The notes: generated by a model not told the origin, from the sequence alone. 64,000 nucleotides of DNA from Geosiphon pyriformis uo1 (GCA_016748015.1 JAAOMT010000697.1:949152-1013151), one strand, 5' to 3'; positions 23,118-37,387 are shown, counted from the stretch's first letter. Program-made: numbers and translations.

Positions 23118-24992
23118 ATGGAGGCTATTGCTAGTAGCACCACACTTAAGAAGAAGGCTCCTAAGGGTGCTTTTCATGGTCTTGCTGATGACTTCTTTTC
23201 TCAGAAGAAAAAAGTTGTTCTTGGTAATGTAAAACATTCTGGTGATGAAAGAGATATATCCTTAAGCAAATCTGGATCTAATGACAGTGTTTATTCTGAT
23301 GTGGAGAGTCTATCTGGTGAGGATAAGGATGTTAGCATGTCTGGGATGAATGGTGGGTCTTTTTTGGGTTCAGCTGCTATTACATCCAAGACAAAGCAAG
23401 TCAACACTGATGTTGGTTTTGGTTCTCCGCTTGGCTCTCCTAATTCTTATATAGATAATGATGAAGTTGTGCTCCCTTCTTGCTTGCCTATCTCTTTAAA
23501 AAAAAAATGGATTGACCCTAAAATTATCAAGACTCTTGTGGAAGTGTTAATTAGAAAGTCATTTGCTTTGGATATTAATCTCTCAGCTATAGAGGATAAA
23601 TCAGCAATGACAAAAACTCAGTTAATTAGAAAATTTTTTTCAATGGTTAATGGTTTTGGGGGGGGCACTACTCCCTCAAAATTTGAAGAGATCATCTGAT
23701 TAACATTTATGTCAGAAAAAAGCATGAAGATAACCACATTATTGGCCAGGAAAAAGGAGATCAACGTAAACAGCAATCTTAGGAAACAAGAAATAAGGTC
23801 AGATCGGGCTGTGGTGATCAAAGAAATTCCCATGGACATGTCTAAAGACATGATCATTGCTGCAGTCACCAAGTTTGGAGAAATTAAGTCGATTAAAATT
23901 CAGTTAATTGGCATATGGCAGAAAGCTGTGGTGGAGTTCATCAAATCAAGTCAGGCCGATCAGTTGGCCTTAAAATAGTCATTCCTAATCAGAAAAGATT
24001 CAGTGCATGTGGCCAAAGCTGTAGGTAATCATGACACCTGAACATTTAGGGATCAGTTTAGGGCACTGTTGTTTACTTTGCTGGTGGGAACAACTGCACA
24101 TAATCTTAGTACTCTTTTGAATAAGACTGGTGGAAAAACTTGCACTATTAATTGATCATTAACAACTAGCAATAGGGTCTATTGCACAGTAGTTGGTTTT
24201 AAGTCTGAAGTGGATTTGGAATCTGCTTTTTGTACTGTGCCTGTTTTTGGTGATGTGTAACTTTCATGGACTAGGTTGGATTTGGTTTGGTGTGAAAAGT
24301 GTGGGAGATTTGGTCATTCGGCCTTGAAGTATGATGCTTCTGATGTTGCTGTTCCTGCACCTGTTGTTTTTTTTAAAAGAAATGCTCCTGGTATTAATCA
24401 TCTTCAATTAGCCAAGTTGTATGCGAAGAAAAATGTTCCTATCTCTTGCTTCGCTGTCTTTGGTGGCAAATTGTGGGCTCAAGTAGTCTCTCTTGCTTTC
24501 TCTTCTGGTAGGTCTCCTTTTGGCTCTGGTTATGGTTTAGGCTTCTCTTCGTCTGGTGCTTTGAGATTGGGTGGTGGTGCTCCCTCTCTTCTATTTGATA
24601 AGTCTCCCTTGGTTGCTTGTTTGGCATCTTTGGAGCACTCTCTTGAACTTTTGGCTGACCAGATTTCTGGTATTCTTAGAAAATTGAGTTTTTTTGAATT
24701 GGTGCTCATGGTACCATCTTCTGGTGCTCCTTCTTTGGTTGGCTCAAAGCTAGTAACTTCTGTTTTGAATTCAAATATGGCTTTGGATGGTGTGTTGGCT
24801 TTGTCCCCTTCTTTTTCCTCAAGTGTTAAGTTAGATGCTGGTTTCAATTCAAGTAGTTCAAAGGTTCTGACCACCAAAATAGGTGGTTTGGAGTCTAAAA
24901 TGTCAGCTATGGAGGCTTTGGTCAGTTCTGTTTTGGTGAAATTGGATCTCTTATGTTCTGATTCAGGTTTCTCTCTACCTCATTCATCCTAA
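23118..24992 (+). pseudogene. LINE ORF1 (RRM-like region, degenerate CCHC knuckle, coiled-coil-like C-terminus)
   Basis: Same-frame pieces 23112-23699, 23709-23978 and 24276-24992. AVVIKEIPMD...FGEIKSIKI...AVVEF (RRM-like) and CEKCGRFGHSALK. Confidence 0.85.
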
Positions 24993-27900
24993 TGAGTGGT
25001 CTGGTTTGGAAATTTGCTATGTGTAATGTTTGTGGAATCAATGTTCCTGCCAAGCAAAAGGATATTGTGCATTGGCATCGAGATTCTGGCAATTTGGTCT
25101 CATTCATTACAGAAATGAAGTTGAGGTCTTCTACTAAACCATGGATTGCGAATAAGTTTGATAGAGTGTGATTTTTTCTTCAGGATTAGATAAAGGTTTC
25201 ATTGATGCTGGTGTTGCTATAATTATGGACAATTCTTTGGCTCATTATGTTTCTAAGGTGGAGGAGGTTCCTAGTAGAGTTGTTTCTGTTCAGCTTTTAT
25301 TCAGAGGCAAGTTCTTGGTTACTCTTTTGGGATTATATGCTGGTGCCTCTTTTGGGACTAGATTTGGTTAGGCTTCTGAGATTAACTCTCTTATTGCAAA
25401 AGCTGTCAACTCCAGCACTCATGTTGTCTTGGGTGGGGACTTTAATAAGAATGGATCTGGTAGAAGTGCAAGTTTCAAGTTCTGTTTGGGTTTGGATTTG
25501 GTCAATTTATTTGGCAGTCATTATTTAGCTGGTTTTCATACATAGAGCAATTCAAGAGGAGTTGTAAAAACAATTGATTACATTTTTGTAAGTGGCAGCT
25601 TGTCTTTTGCTGTTGCTGGTTATCAGACAATCTCTGTTTCAAATTTCTTTGACACTGATCACAGGGCAGTTATGGTGTTAATTAGTTTGGGTGAGCTTCT
25701 GGATGTTCAATTGAATAGCTTGTGTAAGCAGGCAAATAAGGATCATTGAAAATTCAAGTTCAAAAATACTGACAGTGTTAAATGGGCTAAGTTTAGGGAT
25801 CTATCCTCGGCAAAACTCTTGTCATTGGGTGATGTGTTCTCTGGTGCTGAAGTGTGTAGTGATGTGGATGCTATATGGGCAATATTGCAGAAGGCTGTGT
25901 TAGGATCTGCTGATGAGACATTTTCAAGACATTGGTTTAGCAAATTTAGGCATTCAAAAAACAGGCATTCTTCCAAGTTTTTTGGTTTGGAATTGTTGGT
26001 GGCTAAGATTGTCAAGAAATTTTGCTCTGGTGGCTTGTCTGATGTTGATCTTCTTGTGAGTAAGTGGTTAACTCTGAATAATGCCAAGGCTCGTGTTTTC
26101 AGGGACTTGATCAGCTTAGATGTCAAATCTGATGCTATTGTTAAGCATTTGTTGTTGGTCCACAAAGATTACAGGAAGGCAAAAATGTTTGAGTTGAGGT
26201 TCTCTGAGGAAACCTCTATTAGAAAGGCAATTGATAAGCACATGGAAAATTTCTGTTCTGACAAAGATAGTATGATTAGAAGTGTGTTGGACAAACCTTT
26301 TCACAAGATAGTGTTGAATCACCTGGTGATTGATGATGAATTGGTTTTGGAGCCTGAAGAGGTGAAAGTGAGTGTGGACAAAATAATAAAAAGATGGACA
26401 AGAAAACAATCAATGCATATGATGATCTCTGATCTTTGGGCTCGGCAGTATGCGCCATTAAGCTATGTTTGAAACGATGTCTTTTCTGGTATTATGCGTA
26501 AAATTAGCATGGGTGAGTTGCTTTCTGTCATTAGTGATCTACCTGATGGCAAGGCTGCTGGTTTGTCCAGTATTCCAAATGAATTGTGGAAACAAGGTGG
26601 TTTTGGGGTGCATATTAGCGCTATTTAATGTGTGTTTGACTGCTGGTGTGGTGTCTGTTTTGTGGAAGAAGATGTGGGTTTCAATGATCCCTAAGCCTTA
26701 CAACTGGGATGGGGTTCTTACAAACACTTGGCCCATTGCTTTGATTGAAACTGCCAGGAAAATTCTGTCTAAAGTTCTGTTTGATCATATTTCGGTGGCT
26801 TGCAGTAAGTTTAATGTTCTTCAAAATGACAATTTTTTGGTGTTGAAAGGTATGTCTACACAATCTCTGGTGTTTGCTGTTGGCTTGGTGGTTAAAGATG
26901 CTCTTGAAAAAAATTAAGAGGTTTGGTTGGTTTTGCAAGATATGCAGAAGACTTACAATTTAGTTGGGTGACACTATTTGAGGACTAGCTTACAGTCTAT
27001 CAAGATGTGTAAAAAGTTCATAAAGTTTTTTGGCAGTATTTATGAGAATAGGGTTAACAGAGTAATAACTAACTTTGGTTTATCTGGTGGTTACAAGGTG
27101 CATGATAAACTAGATCAAGATGAGATTTTTTCATTCCTTCTGTGGAGGATTTTTTATGATCCACTTTTGTGTAAGGTTAAAAGACACGAACAAGTGTGTG
27201 AGTACTAAATTGATACTAAGTTTGTTTTGAAAACTGGCAGGATCGAGGGTGGTAGTGGTTTGACTTCATACTTTTCAGCTGGCGCATTTGTTGATGATAC
27301 AATCTGGGTTGGAAATTGTCAGGCTTCCACTTAATATGCATTGAATATTGCCAGTGAGTTTTTTATGATCAATGATATTTCTATCAACAGTAAGAAGACA
27401 GTGGCTATTCCCATAAATTAAGATGTTAAGATTGCTAAGCTGAGTATTTGTGGTCAGCCAATTTTAATTGCTAAGAAGGGTAAGGCTTATTACTATCTGG
27501 GTATTTTTTTGTCAACTGAAGGGCTGTCCAAGCCAAGTGTTGTCAGAGCTCATGCAAATGTGCACTTTTTTGTCAATATTGTACTTAAAAAAACGATTAC
27601 AGACAAACAGTATTCATATTTAGTGTCAACTGTCCTACAGCCTATTGTCAGCTATCATATTTAGTTCAGTTTTGTTTCTTCTAATGTTTGTTGCAAGTGG
27701 AATGTCTTAGTTAGGAAGAGTCTCAGGTCTAAAGCTTGTCTTCTTCATGATTTTCTTGATGCTGCTTTGCATCATCCATCATTGTATGGCCTGAAACCTT
27801 TTGAACAGGTGCAGTTCAAAAGAAAGATGGCTGCTTTAATAATGTTTTCCAATGCTTTTGGTGTTCTTGGGCATTTGTTTAGTCATAGATTTTTGGATTT

Positions 27901-29566
27901 GCAGGTTCTTGGTTAGGCTCCTTTAGATCCTCTGCAGTTTCCCATCAGGTTGCATGTCAGTCTGGTGAACAACTTTTTGGCTGGGTTGGTAAAAATCTTT
28001 TTGGACAATGGACTATCTCTAGTGAACAATCTCTCCACTGTATTTCATAATCCTGGTCACTTTCCTATGTCTGCTATTCTTGGGAAGTCTCTGTATTTTG
28101 ATTTGATCATCTCTCTTAGGTGCTTTGGTGTTGTTTTTGGTGATCAACTTTTTGATAAAAAAGGTGGTTTGATGGATTGGAAGACATTTCGCCATTGAAA
28201 AAGGTTAGATCTGTGTGGTCCTGTGCCTTGTTGGTTTGCAGTTTCTTCTGAGTTTTTGAGGAGTAAGGGTTTCTCATCTTTTGGTTCTGCTGACTCTGTT
28301 GAGCTGCTTGGGTTGGACATTTTGGGGTTTGGAGAGTTCTCTGCTGTGAGGGATGGATTGCATAACATGTGGTCCAGTTTTTTTAAGGTTTTTATGGATA
28401 GATCTTTGAAGAATTTTGGTTCTACTGAGGTTGCCAGTGGTACTGCTGCTTATTTTCTAGCCTTGGATCTGAGTGTTGACATTGCTGTCTAGAGTCTCTT
28501 GTTGTCTACTATGGCCGAATTACAGACTGTTGCTTTGTCTTTGGAATGTGTTTCTTCTTTGTGCATTGTGGTGTTGCATCTTGACAGCCAGGCTGCTATT
28601 AATGCTTGTGTGTCTGAGATGTCTTTGGCTGCCCCCAATTTTCATAATCAATGCTGGATAGAAAGGCATTATATTTTCAATTTGGTTAGGGATAAAGATC
28701 TTAGTATGAGTTAGGTTAAGATGAAGGGTCATTCTGGGGTTCTTGGGAATGTGGAGACTGACTTGGCTACTGGGGCTGCCTTTGGGTCTCCTTTTTTCCT
28801 GTCGGCTAGAGTGTGTGAACACTTTCTGGTTGTTAAGGGTACTCCTGTCTCCGGTAATATTCGTTATTTTGTCAGGAATATTTTTTATTCTGTTTATCAT
28901 GCTCATTGGGAAGCTGGTCTTGGTTTCAATGTAGTTCTGGAGGTAATGATTGTTCACATAAACTGGGTTGTCACTGCGATAATGTGGCATCCTGATTCTC
29001 ATATGTTTACTGGTTTCACTAGTTGTAAGTTCTTAGTGCTTCGGACTTATCTTATGAAAGCTGTTTACAGGAGATTACCAGTGGCAGTTAGGAAGAGATT
29101 GTATGACAGGCATTACCCTGGTGTGTTGTGTTTGTTGTATGGTGGTGTGGAGTTCTCCGACCATTCTTTTACTTGCACTTATGAATCTGGTGTTTGTGAA
29201 GAGATCTTGGTTGAGACTTCTGCCCATTGGTCTGTTTTGGCTGGTGTTTCTAGGTCTTCTGCTTCCGCTGTGTTACAGGTTTTATTTCGATGTTCCATTA
29301 ACGTTGGGCTGTATGCTTTGATTTGCAAAGGATTTGTGTTGAATGAGTGGTATAAAGAGACATGTAGTGTTTTTGATGATAGGAAGGTAGCTGTTGCACA
29401 GATTACTGACTTTGTAAAATTTGTTGTGGAATTACATCATGCTAAAGTGTGGTTGGTGAGATCTATCCACCAGATAAAAATAGAGAAGGCTGGTTTGGTT
29501 CATGATGGCAGTGTCATTTCTGGACTTGCTCATGGGGTGTTTTTGGTTTTGGCTAGCCATATGTAG
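24992..29566 (+). pseudogene. LINE ORF2: APE endonuclease-RT-RNase H-Zn finger
   Basis: ATG overlaps the ORF1 stop (TAATG). APE motifs CNVCG, GVAII, LGGDFN, IDYIF, TDHRAV. RT motifs PIALIE, QDMQKTYN, AFVDDT. RNase H motifs FMDRS, AELQ, LDSQ, KGHSGVLGN. Zinc finger CLLYG...HSFTC. Confidence 0.92.
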
Positions 29567-29663
29567 GAAGTGCGTAAGTCACATTTAGTTTGAGCCTCTT
29601 AGTTTGGCTTTATGTATTAGATAGTGATTGGACTTTACTCGTTAAATGCGTAATAAAAAAAAA

Positions 29664-30392
29664 TATTAAATATTTTTAATATTTAATGTTATAATTATTT
29701 ATTTTTTAAGTATTATGTTTATTTTTAAAATAAGTAAAATTTTTAAGCATAATAATAATTAAATTATTAATATACTTAATTTAAGTTTTTAAAAATAAAG
29801 CAACTTTTAATATTTATAATAAAATTAACTTAAATAATTAAAAAAAAATTAAATTTACTATAAAACTAATTTTTACAATTATAAATTCAATAACAACAAA
29901 TAAATTTTGAACTTGAATTTTAAAAAAAACTAATTTAGACTTATAAGTTTTATTAATAAAACATTTAAAAAACCAAAATAAATATAAGATATAAATTTAA
30001 TAAATTAATTAGCTAAAATTTTAAATATAATAATAAACTTAAAAAAAACAATAAAAACAGTTTTATAAACAAATTTATTAACTTAAAACACCAAATTAAT
30101 AATTTTTAAAGCTGTATAATTGAAAAAAATTAATTAATTTGAATTTAAATATATTATAAATAACTATAATTTTTATTATTATTAAAACAAATTAGTAAAT
30201 AAATATAGTATTAGTAACTTTAAAAAACTTAAAATACATAATAATATATTGTTACAATTATTAAATTTCAGTTTAATATTTAAAAAAAATATTTAAAAAA
30301 ACATTATACAAATATATAATAACAAAAACAAATATTTTACAATCTTAAAAATAATAATAATAAAAATTAAAACCTTAATTAATAAAGCTATA
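29664..30392. other. Extremely AT-rich tract between two tail-to-tail LINEs
   Basis: Near-pure A/T, bounded by the two LINE poly(A) tails. Confidence 0.9.
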
Positions 30393-33300
30393 TTTTTTTT
30401 TTATTATGCAATTAATGACTAAAGTCCAACTGCTATCTAGTACATAGAACCAAACTAAGTGGAATAAACTAAACACAGTTCATGCACTTATTACATATGG
30501 CCAGCCACTCAGGCCAGACAAGACTACACTATACATTTATCTAAACAGAAAAATCACCACCCAAACCAGAAAAAAAATGACACAGCCTGTGTTTACCAAA
30601 GCTGACAGCAAAAAATTCAACAACACCAAGCAAATGAACTACCTCATCTGACAAATTAGACACCAAACAATGAGACAGGCCTAAAAACATGCCATCATTC
30701 TTAACCAAGCCAGCTCTTTTTATATCCACTCTATGCTTGAATCTGACAAGCCACATCTTAGTATAAAACAATTTGACCACAAACTTAACAAATTCAGTAA
30801 TAGTTAATGCAGTTTTTCTCTTTCTCTCAAAAACCAAAGCAGTCTCAACATATCAATCTCTTAACACAAAACCCTTGTACATAGCAGTAAACAAATCCAT
30901 GTTCAAAGAATATGCTAAAAGCAAGCACAAGACAGCTAATGTAAACAAGCAGAAAAAACCCACCAAAAACAACCACTTCTTAGTAGCATCAGCCAAAATG
31001 TCATCACAGAGTCTAGCATTATCAGAGCAAATGAAAGTATGGTTAGACACCTCTACCTTCCCACACAGCAAGCACAGCACTTCAGGATAATACACATTGT
31101 ATAACTTTTTTCTGACAGCCACAGGCAACCATCTATGAACAGCTTTCATCAAATAAGTACACATGTTGGCCAAGCTCCTGCTAGTAAAACTGGAGAGCAT
31201 GTAAAAGTCAGGATGCCAGACCTTTGAAGTAGCTGCCCAATTTATCTCCTTAATTATAACACTTGGAACAATATCATAACTAGGACCAGCCTCTCAATAA
31301 GCATGGCAAATTGACTGAAAAAGATCACAAATGAAATGACGAGTATTGGCTAATACAGCAGTATTCTTAGCAACCAAAAAATGTTCTTGAATCCCAACAA
31401 ATAGAGAAAATAGAAAAGAAGCAGCTTTTTCAGCCAACTTATTAGCCCTAATATTGCCCAGAACCTTTGAGTGTCCTTTAATCTTTACTTACCTAACTAA
31501 AATGTCTTTTTTCTTGATAAGATTAACAATATGTGATCATTCAATCTAGCATTAATTATGGAAGTCTGGTGTTATAACTAGAGACTCCAACACACAAGCA
31601 TCAATCACAGATTGGCTGTCTGAATACAGAACCACAGAACAAGAAGAGAAAATACACTCTAAGACCAAAGCAATGGCTTGTAACTCAGCCAAAGTAAATA
31701 ACAAAAGTCTCTGGACTCTGACTCCAATATCCATGTCTGTAGCTGGAAAATAGGCAGCTGCACCACTTGTTACCTCAGCCATACCAGCTCCTTTCAAGGA
31801 TCCATCCATGTAAGCTTCAATATAATTTGACCAAACCTCCAAAAGACCTCCATAAACACAAGCAAATGCCTCAGAATCCAAGACATTCAGCATTGGTAAT
31901 ACATGATTACTGGCAGATACGACTTCTTCAGAAGCACACTTGCTCATAAAATCAGCTGTCAATATAAACCAATAAGGTACTGGGCTCTTTAGATCCAATC
32001 TCTTCCACTGCCAAAATGTCTTCCAGTCCAATATCTTATCTTTCTTGTTTAGAAGCCTACTACTAAAAACAACACCAAATCATCTCAAAGAGAGGACAGA
32101 ATCATAAAATAAGGAATGATCCAGAATATTAAATATTGGGAACCTGCCAGAATCATGAAAAGCACTGGGCAAATTATTTATCAAATATAACTCATTTTTT
32201 AACAAGATTCTTATCACACCAGCTAGAAAATTATTCACTGAATTTATCTTCAATCTGACAGAATGCTGCAAAGGATTCAGAGATAACCATCTTAGAACTT
32301 GTAAATCCAAAAATCTGTGTTCAAATAAATACCCAAAAATGCTGTGAGCATTGGAAAAGAAAACCAATGAAGCCAACTTTCCTTCAGATTGTACTTGTTT
32401 GAACAGTTTTAAATCATACAAAAAAGGGTGACACAAAGTCTCATTTGGAAAATCTTTTGGTAACTCAGCCTTAAATCTGAGACCCTTTCTAATCATAACA
32501 TCTCACTTGTAACACACACCTAGTGAAACATAACTAATCTGCATCCGATAGTTAACTATAGACTGAAAAACAACTGAGACCAAGTACGAGAATTGTTTGT
32601 CTGTAATAGTCTTTCTAAGCATCACATTTGAGAAAAACCTAACATCTGCATAAGTCTAAGCCAAACTAGGCTTAGAGAGACCCTCTGTGAACAAAAAAAT
32701 ACCCAAGTACCTGTGTGATTTGTCTTATTTAGTAATTGAGATTGGTGAATTATTGATTGAAAATAAGGCAGTCTTGATACTTTGATTGATTGGAATAGCC
32801 ACTGTCTTATCATTATTAATAGAAATGTCATTAACAACAAAAAACCCACTAGCAATATCTAGAATAGTCTGTGTAGAACTCTGACAGCTCCCAATCCAAA
32901 TTGTGTTATCAACAAAGGCACCAGCAGCCAAAAAAGAAGTCCTTCCTCCAACAGACTCAACATGACCAGTTTTGGCCACAAACTTTGTATCAATACAGTA
33001 GCCACACAAGTGCTCATGTCTCTTAATCTCACATAAAAGAGGGTCATAGAATATCTGCCAAAAGAGAGAAAAGAAAACCTCATCCTGATTCAAACTATTA
33101 TGTACTATGTAACCATTTGAAAGACCAAAATTTGTCATCACTCTGTTGATACAATTCTCATAAATTCCACCAAAAAAATTAATAAACTGACTGCACATCT
33201 TAATATGATGCAAATTAGCCTTTAAATAATGTCAGCCCACAGAGTCATAAGCTTTGTGCATGTCTTGCAAAACCAACCAAAGTTCCCTATTCTTTTCCAA

Positions 33301-34423
33301 AGCATTTTCCATGACTGATCCAACAGCAAAAATTGGCAACTGAATAGAAGTATCCTTTAACACCAAAAAATTGTTTCCACAAAGAACATTGAATCTGCTG
33401 CATACCAAAGAAATCTGATTAGAAAGAATTTTAGACAAGATCTTCTGGGCAGTTTTAATCAGAGCAATAGACCTAGTATTGGTCAGGACACCATTCCATT
33501 CATAGAATTTAAGAATTATCGAAACCCATGCTCTTCTCTAAGGAATCAGAACTACTTCCAAGATTAAACACAAATTCAACAGCTTTAAAAAATAAGATAA
33601 CATTTCATCACCACAGTGCCTCCAAAGTTCATTAGAAATTCCTAATAATTCAGCAGTCTTATCATTTAGCAAGTTATTAACACACAAAAGCAACTCATCT
33701 ATATTGATTTCTTTCATCACACCAGAAAAAGCATCATTGGAAACATAGTTCAAAAGCATATATTGATGGGACCAAAGAATGGGCATCTTTAGGAGAACTG
33801 TCCACTTTCTTGTTCATTCCTTCATAATTTCATCTACTTTAAGTTTCACCTCATTAGACTCAACCACCAACTTATTATCAACTACCAAGTGATCCAAAAC
33901 AACCTTGCAAAATGGCCAATCAAGGATACTCTTAATTATAAGTCTCTTGTTAAAACAGAAATTGTCCATGTGCCAGTCAATTGCTTTCCTAATGGCTACA
34001 TCCTCAGATGCCTTCGACTCAAGATACTTAGACTTTCAATATCTTTTCTTCACTATAGACAAATGCTTAACAACCTCCATTGAACTCACACCAACCAGAA
34101 CTATATTAGCAGTCTTAGAGGCCTCTATTTCATCAATTTTTAACCAGACTCTGATGAGATGGTTAAAATCCACAAGATCTCCAGAAACCCAAGCTTTAAC
34201 AATTTTTGCGATTAGCAGCTCCAATTTGAAAAATTTCAAAGATTGTTTGTTTTTTGAACAATCAAATGCACTATACTAATGTCTAAAAAACACTACATTA
34301 GCAGCCTGTATTATAACATCCTTTAGCACCACCCACATTGCATCCAAATTACCATTATATCTTGTATTCTCAAACACATTTGACTTTGTTACTAGCTTAG
34401 CAGAAACTCATTCTTTAAAATGT
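30393..34423 (-). mobile_element. LINE-2nd (same family), 3' part: RT, RNase H, Zn finger, 3' UTR, poly(A)
   Basis: ORF pieces with QDMHKAYDSV, AFVDNT, YMDGSLK, AELQAIAL, YSDSQ and CLLCGKVEVSNHTFIC. Poly(T) at 30393-30402. Interrupted by element E at 34423. Confidence 0.93.
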
Positions 34424-35240
34424 TGTTATAGGTGATTTTTCGGTCATTGGAGTAAATAACAAACTCATAATTTGGTGCTCAAGGCTGTTGTTAATGATAG
34501 AAATCTGAAGGTGTGTTTATTTGAAGGTTTTGGTTGAGTCTTTTGTATAATGAACAGAGATTCAGTGGTAATAGTTTTATTCGTAGTTTCCTGAAACTGC
34601 AGTTTTGTCAATTTCTTTCTCAGCATAATGGCTGGTGTTTCTCCTGGTAAGCTAATCTTAATCAAGTGTTCTACCCTTATTTCTGGGTCTTTTATCAGTG
34701 CTATATCCTGATGTCAGTATCTTGCATGTTAATCCTCAATAGAGTTAATAATAACAATTAAGACAAGAAAATAAAAAAAATAACAAAAAATAAGCCAAGG
34801 CAATGAACATATTAGTATTTTATCAATAGCTGTGATCAAGAGCTATTAGTCTAGTGTGGTTATGTATCAATAACTATCAACATGAAGTATTGATAATGGA
34901 GAGTGGATTTGGATGGTGAATGATTTATTTATTTATTATTTGTGAATAGAAGATTTCTAACTAACTGATTCTGCTTTTTTTACTTCTAATACTACTGCTA
35001 TATATACATAATTGATGTTCTATGAGATCACTCATATTTCTGAGCAATGTGCTATAATTTTTTGAGCAATGCTCACATTGCTGAGTGATGTGCTCTAATT
35101 TTCTAACATTGCTTCACATTACTGAGCAATGTGCTGTGTTTTCTAATATTGCTCTACATTGTTGAGCAATGTGCTCACATGCTAAATACTATTTTCTCAT
35201 TGGTTTGCTATTTTCTATATCTGTTTTTTTATGAGTAATA
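34424..35240 (-). repeat. 3' LTR of element E
   Basis: Direct repeat of 51406-52262. Contains ~41-nt repeats with the palindrome ACATTGCTGAGCAATGT. Confidence 0.94.
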
Positions 35241-35253
35241 TTATCTCCTCTTT

Positions 35254-35912
35254 TTAATATTGAGCTTTGTCAAAATCTTCATTTTGAATTAATTCTAATA
35301 CTTTTTTTTCAAGTATTGTTTGTTCACTCTGTTTTTCATGTTTTCTACTTGTGTATTGTTTATTTTTCTCCATTGGTTAATGGTTATGGTTTCTATGTCA
35401 GAGTGTAACAGTATTTCTGGATAGTTCTGAAATATGTTGTATAGTCGGTACATTGTTTTAACATGTAGTGTTGAATTAGTTTTCTTTCTGATAAATTCTT
35501 TAATTTGTTGTATCATGTTTTGGTTGAATATTTTCTTGGATTTGTCAATATACAACTCCTGAATATTCAACTTTCGACCTAACTGGTAGTAGCAATATAA
35601 TATTGGAAGTTGTTCTGTCTATTGCTTCCAATTTTCTTTTGTAAGCTCTTTTGTTGGTGCCATAATAGATATTTTTCCAAAAGTATTCTTCACTTTTCTT
35701 ATTAAGTTATCTGTCCAGTTTTTATTATTCTTTGGTGGCTGCTGATATGATGTATTCTTTGTCTTTTTTTTTGTGTTTCAATAGCAAATTGTTTGGTTGT
35801 TAATAACAATTTCTATGTCTAACTGTTGTTGACTTAATGCCTGGGACAGTTGTTGAGCTATGGTATGAATGTGATCTGGTATTTCCATTTTTCTTGGTTG
35901 TTTTTGTTGCAT
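35254..35912 (-). pseudogene. ORF3 of E
   Basis: Homologous to ORF3 of A (YCYYQLG..NIQELY.DK...VKTMYRLYNIFQNYPEILL). Ends DFDKAQY-TAA at the PPT. Confidence 0.8.
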
Positions 35913-35943
35913 GTACTGTGTCTTTATATACTCTTTTGGTTGT

Positions 35944-37326
35944 TCAATTTGATGTGTTTGGTTCAATAACTATAATTGGTTCCAGATCTTGTGAAATCTC
36001 ATCTGGTTGAACTATTATCTTTTGTACTCCCAACTGTGAAATGGTATTGGTAGATGATAATGCTATCTGGTGATATGGTTTTAGTCGATTACCATGTGCT
36101 GCTTTGGCTAAGATTTTATTGTTCCATTTTAATTTATAAGCTTCATTTCCTAGAATTTCTTCTATGTGAAATGGTCCATCCCATTTGGGATCAAATTTTC
36201 CACTCCATTGTTTTTCTGCTTTGGTACAATATAACAGTACTTTGTCTCCAACTTTGAATTCAACTGGTTTGTCTGGTAGTTGATTATCATGTCTTTCTTT
36301 CTGTTTTTTTTGTGCCTTTTGGATGTTATTAGCTGCTCTTCACCGTTTATTTTCTAATATTTTCATTAAGTCATATGTTTTTTTTAGCAATGTTTCCTGA
36401 AAATTGTTTTCAGTTATTAGTTCTGTTGGATAAGTGGTAACTTCCATCTCAACTGGTAATGTTGCTGTTCTACTATATACTAATTCAAATGGTGTTGCTT
36501 ATGTAGTGTCTTGCTTTATTGTTCAATAAGCAAATAATACTGATGATATGAACAAATCCCATTCATTCTGATTTTTTTGACTGATCTTGGCAATTGCTTC
36601 ACATAATGTTCTGTTAAACCTCTCAACTAACCCATTTGTTTGTGGATGATATGGTGATAATAATGGTCTTTTGATTCCAAATCTCTGACTTAATTCTGCT
36701 AATGTTCTGTTTACAAAGTGAGTTTTTTGATCTGATAATAGTTCTTTTGGACATCCATGTTGACAAATCAAATCTTGATAAACAAATTTGGCAATGGATT
36801 CTGCGTCCACTCTTTGAATTGCTTTTGCTTCTGGCCATTTAGTGAGATAATCCATGGCTACTGCAATATACCTGTTGCCTCTGCTAGTTATTGTTAATAG
36901 TCTAACTAAGTCAATTCCAATATGATCAAATAGTTGTCCCACTTTAATTGGTCTTAATAGTTCACTGGGTTTTGTTCCACCTCTTTTCTAACAAGCATCA
37001 CAATTTTGAACATATTGAATGATATCTGGATATATTGATGACCAATAGTATCTTTTTCTGGTTCTTTTTATGATTGCTTCTTTATAAAAATGTTCTGCTG
37101 TTGGATCTAAATGCATGTTAAATAATATTGTCTCTTTCTCTGGTTCTGTGATGACTCTTATTGGTTGATCTGGATTTCTTCTGTTTTTCTGGTAAAGTAT
37201 ATTTTTATAATTGATAAAATGTTTTAATTGTTGTTTGATATTATTTTGCTCATTTTAAGATAATTTCTCTTTGAACTATTAAGTATTTATATAATGTTGT
37301 AGTTGTTGATATTTTTGTATGTTCAT
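35944..37326 (-). pseudogene. Integrase ORF of E (own ATG)
   Basis: ATG at 37326 (MNIQKYQQLQHY). rve core at 36523-36942. KWDGPF motif. Confidence 0.9.
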
Positions 37327-37387
37327 CTTTTGTTATATTTTTGTTGGGTTTGTTCTGGTTTTGTTATATTTTTATGTTGAGATGTTT

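Larger units (their letters stand above)
23000..29663 (+). mobile_element. LINE-1st: near full-length non-LTR retrotransposon with RNase H (decayed)
   Basis: Two ORFs, a 3' UTR shared with the opposing copy, and a poly(A) tail at 29655-29663. The 5' end is approximate. Confidence 0.92.

Noticed and set aside
35031-35185. Palindromic ~41-nt repeats resembling a CRISPR array
   Set aside because: No unique spacers and no cas genes. The repeats lie inside both LTRs of element E in a eukaryotic genome.
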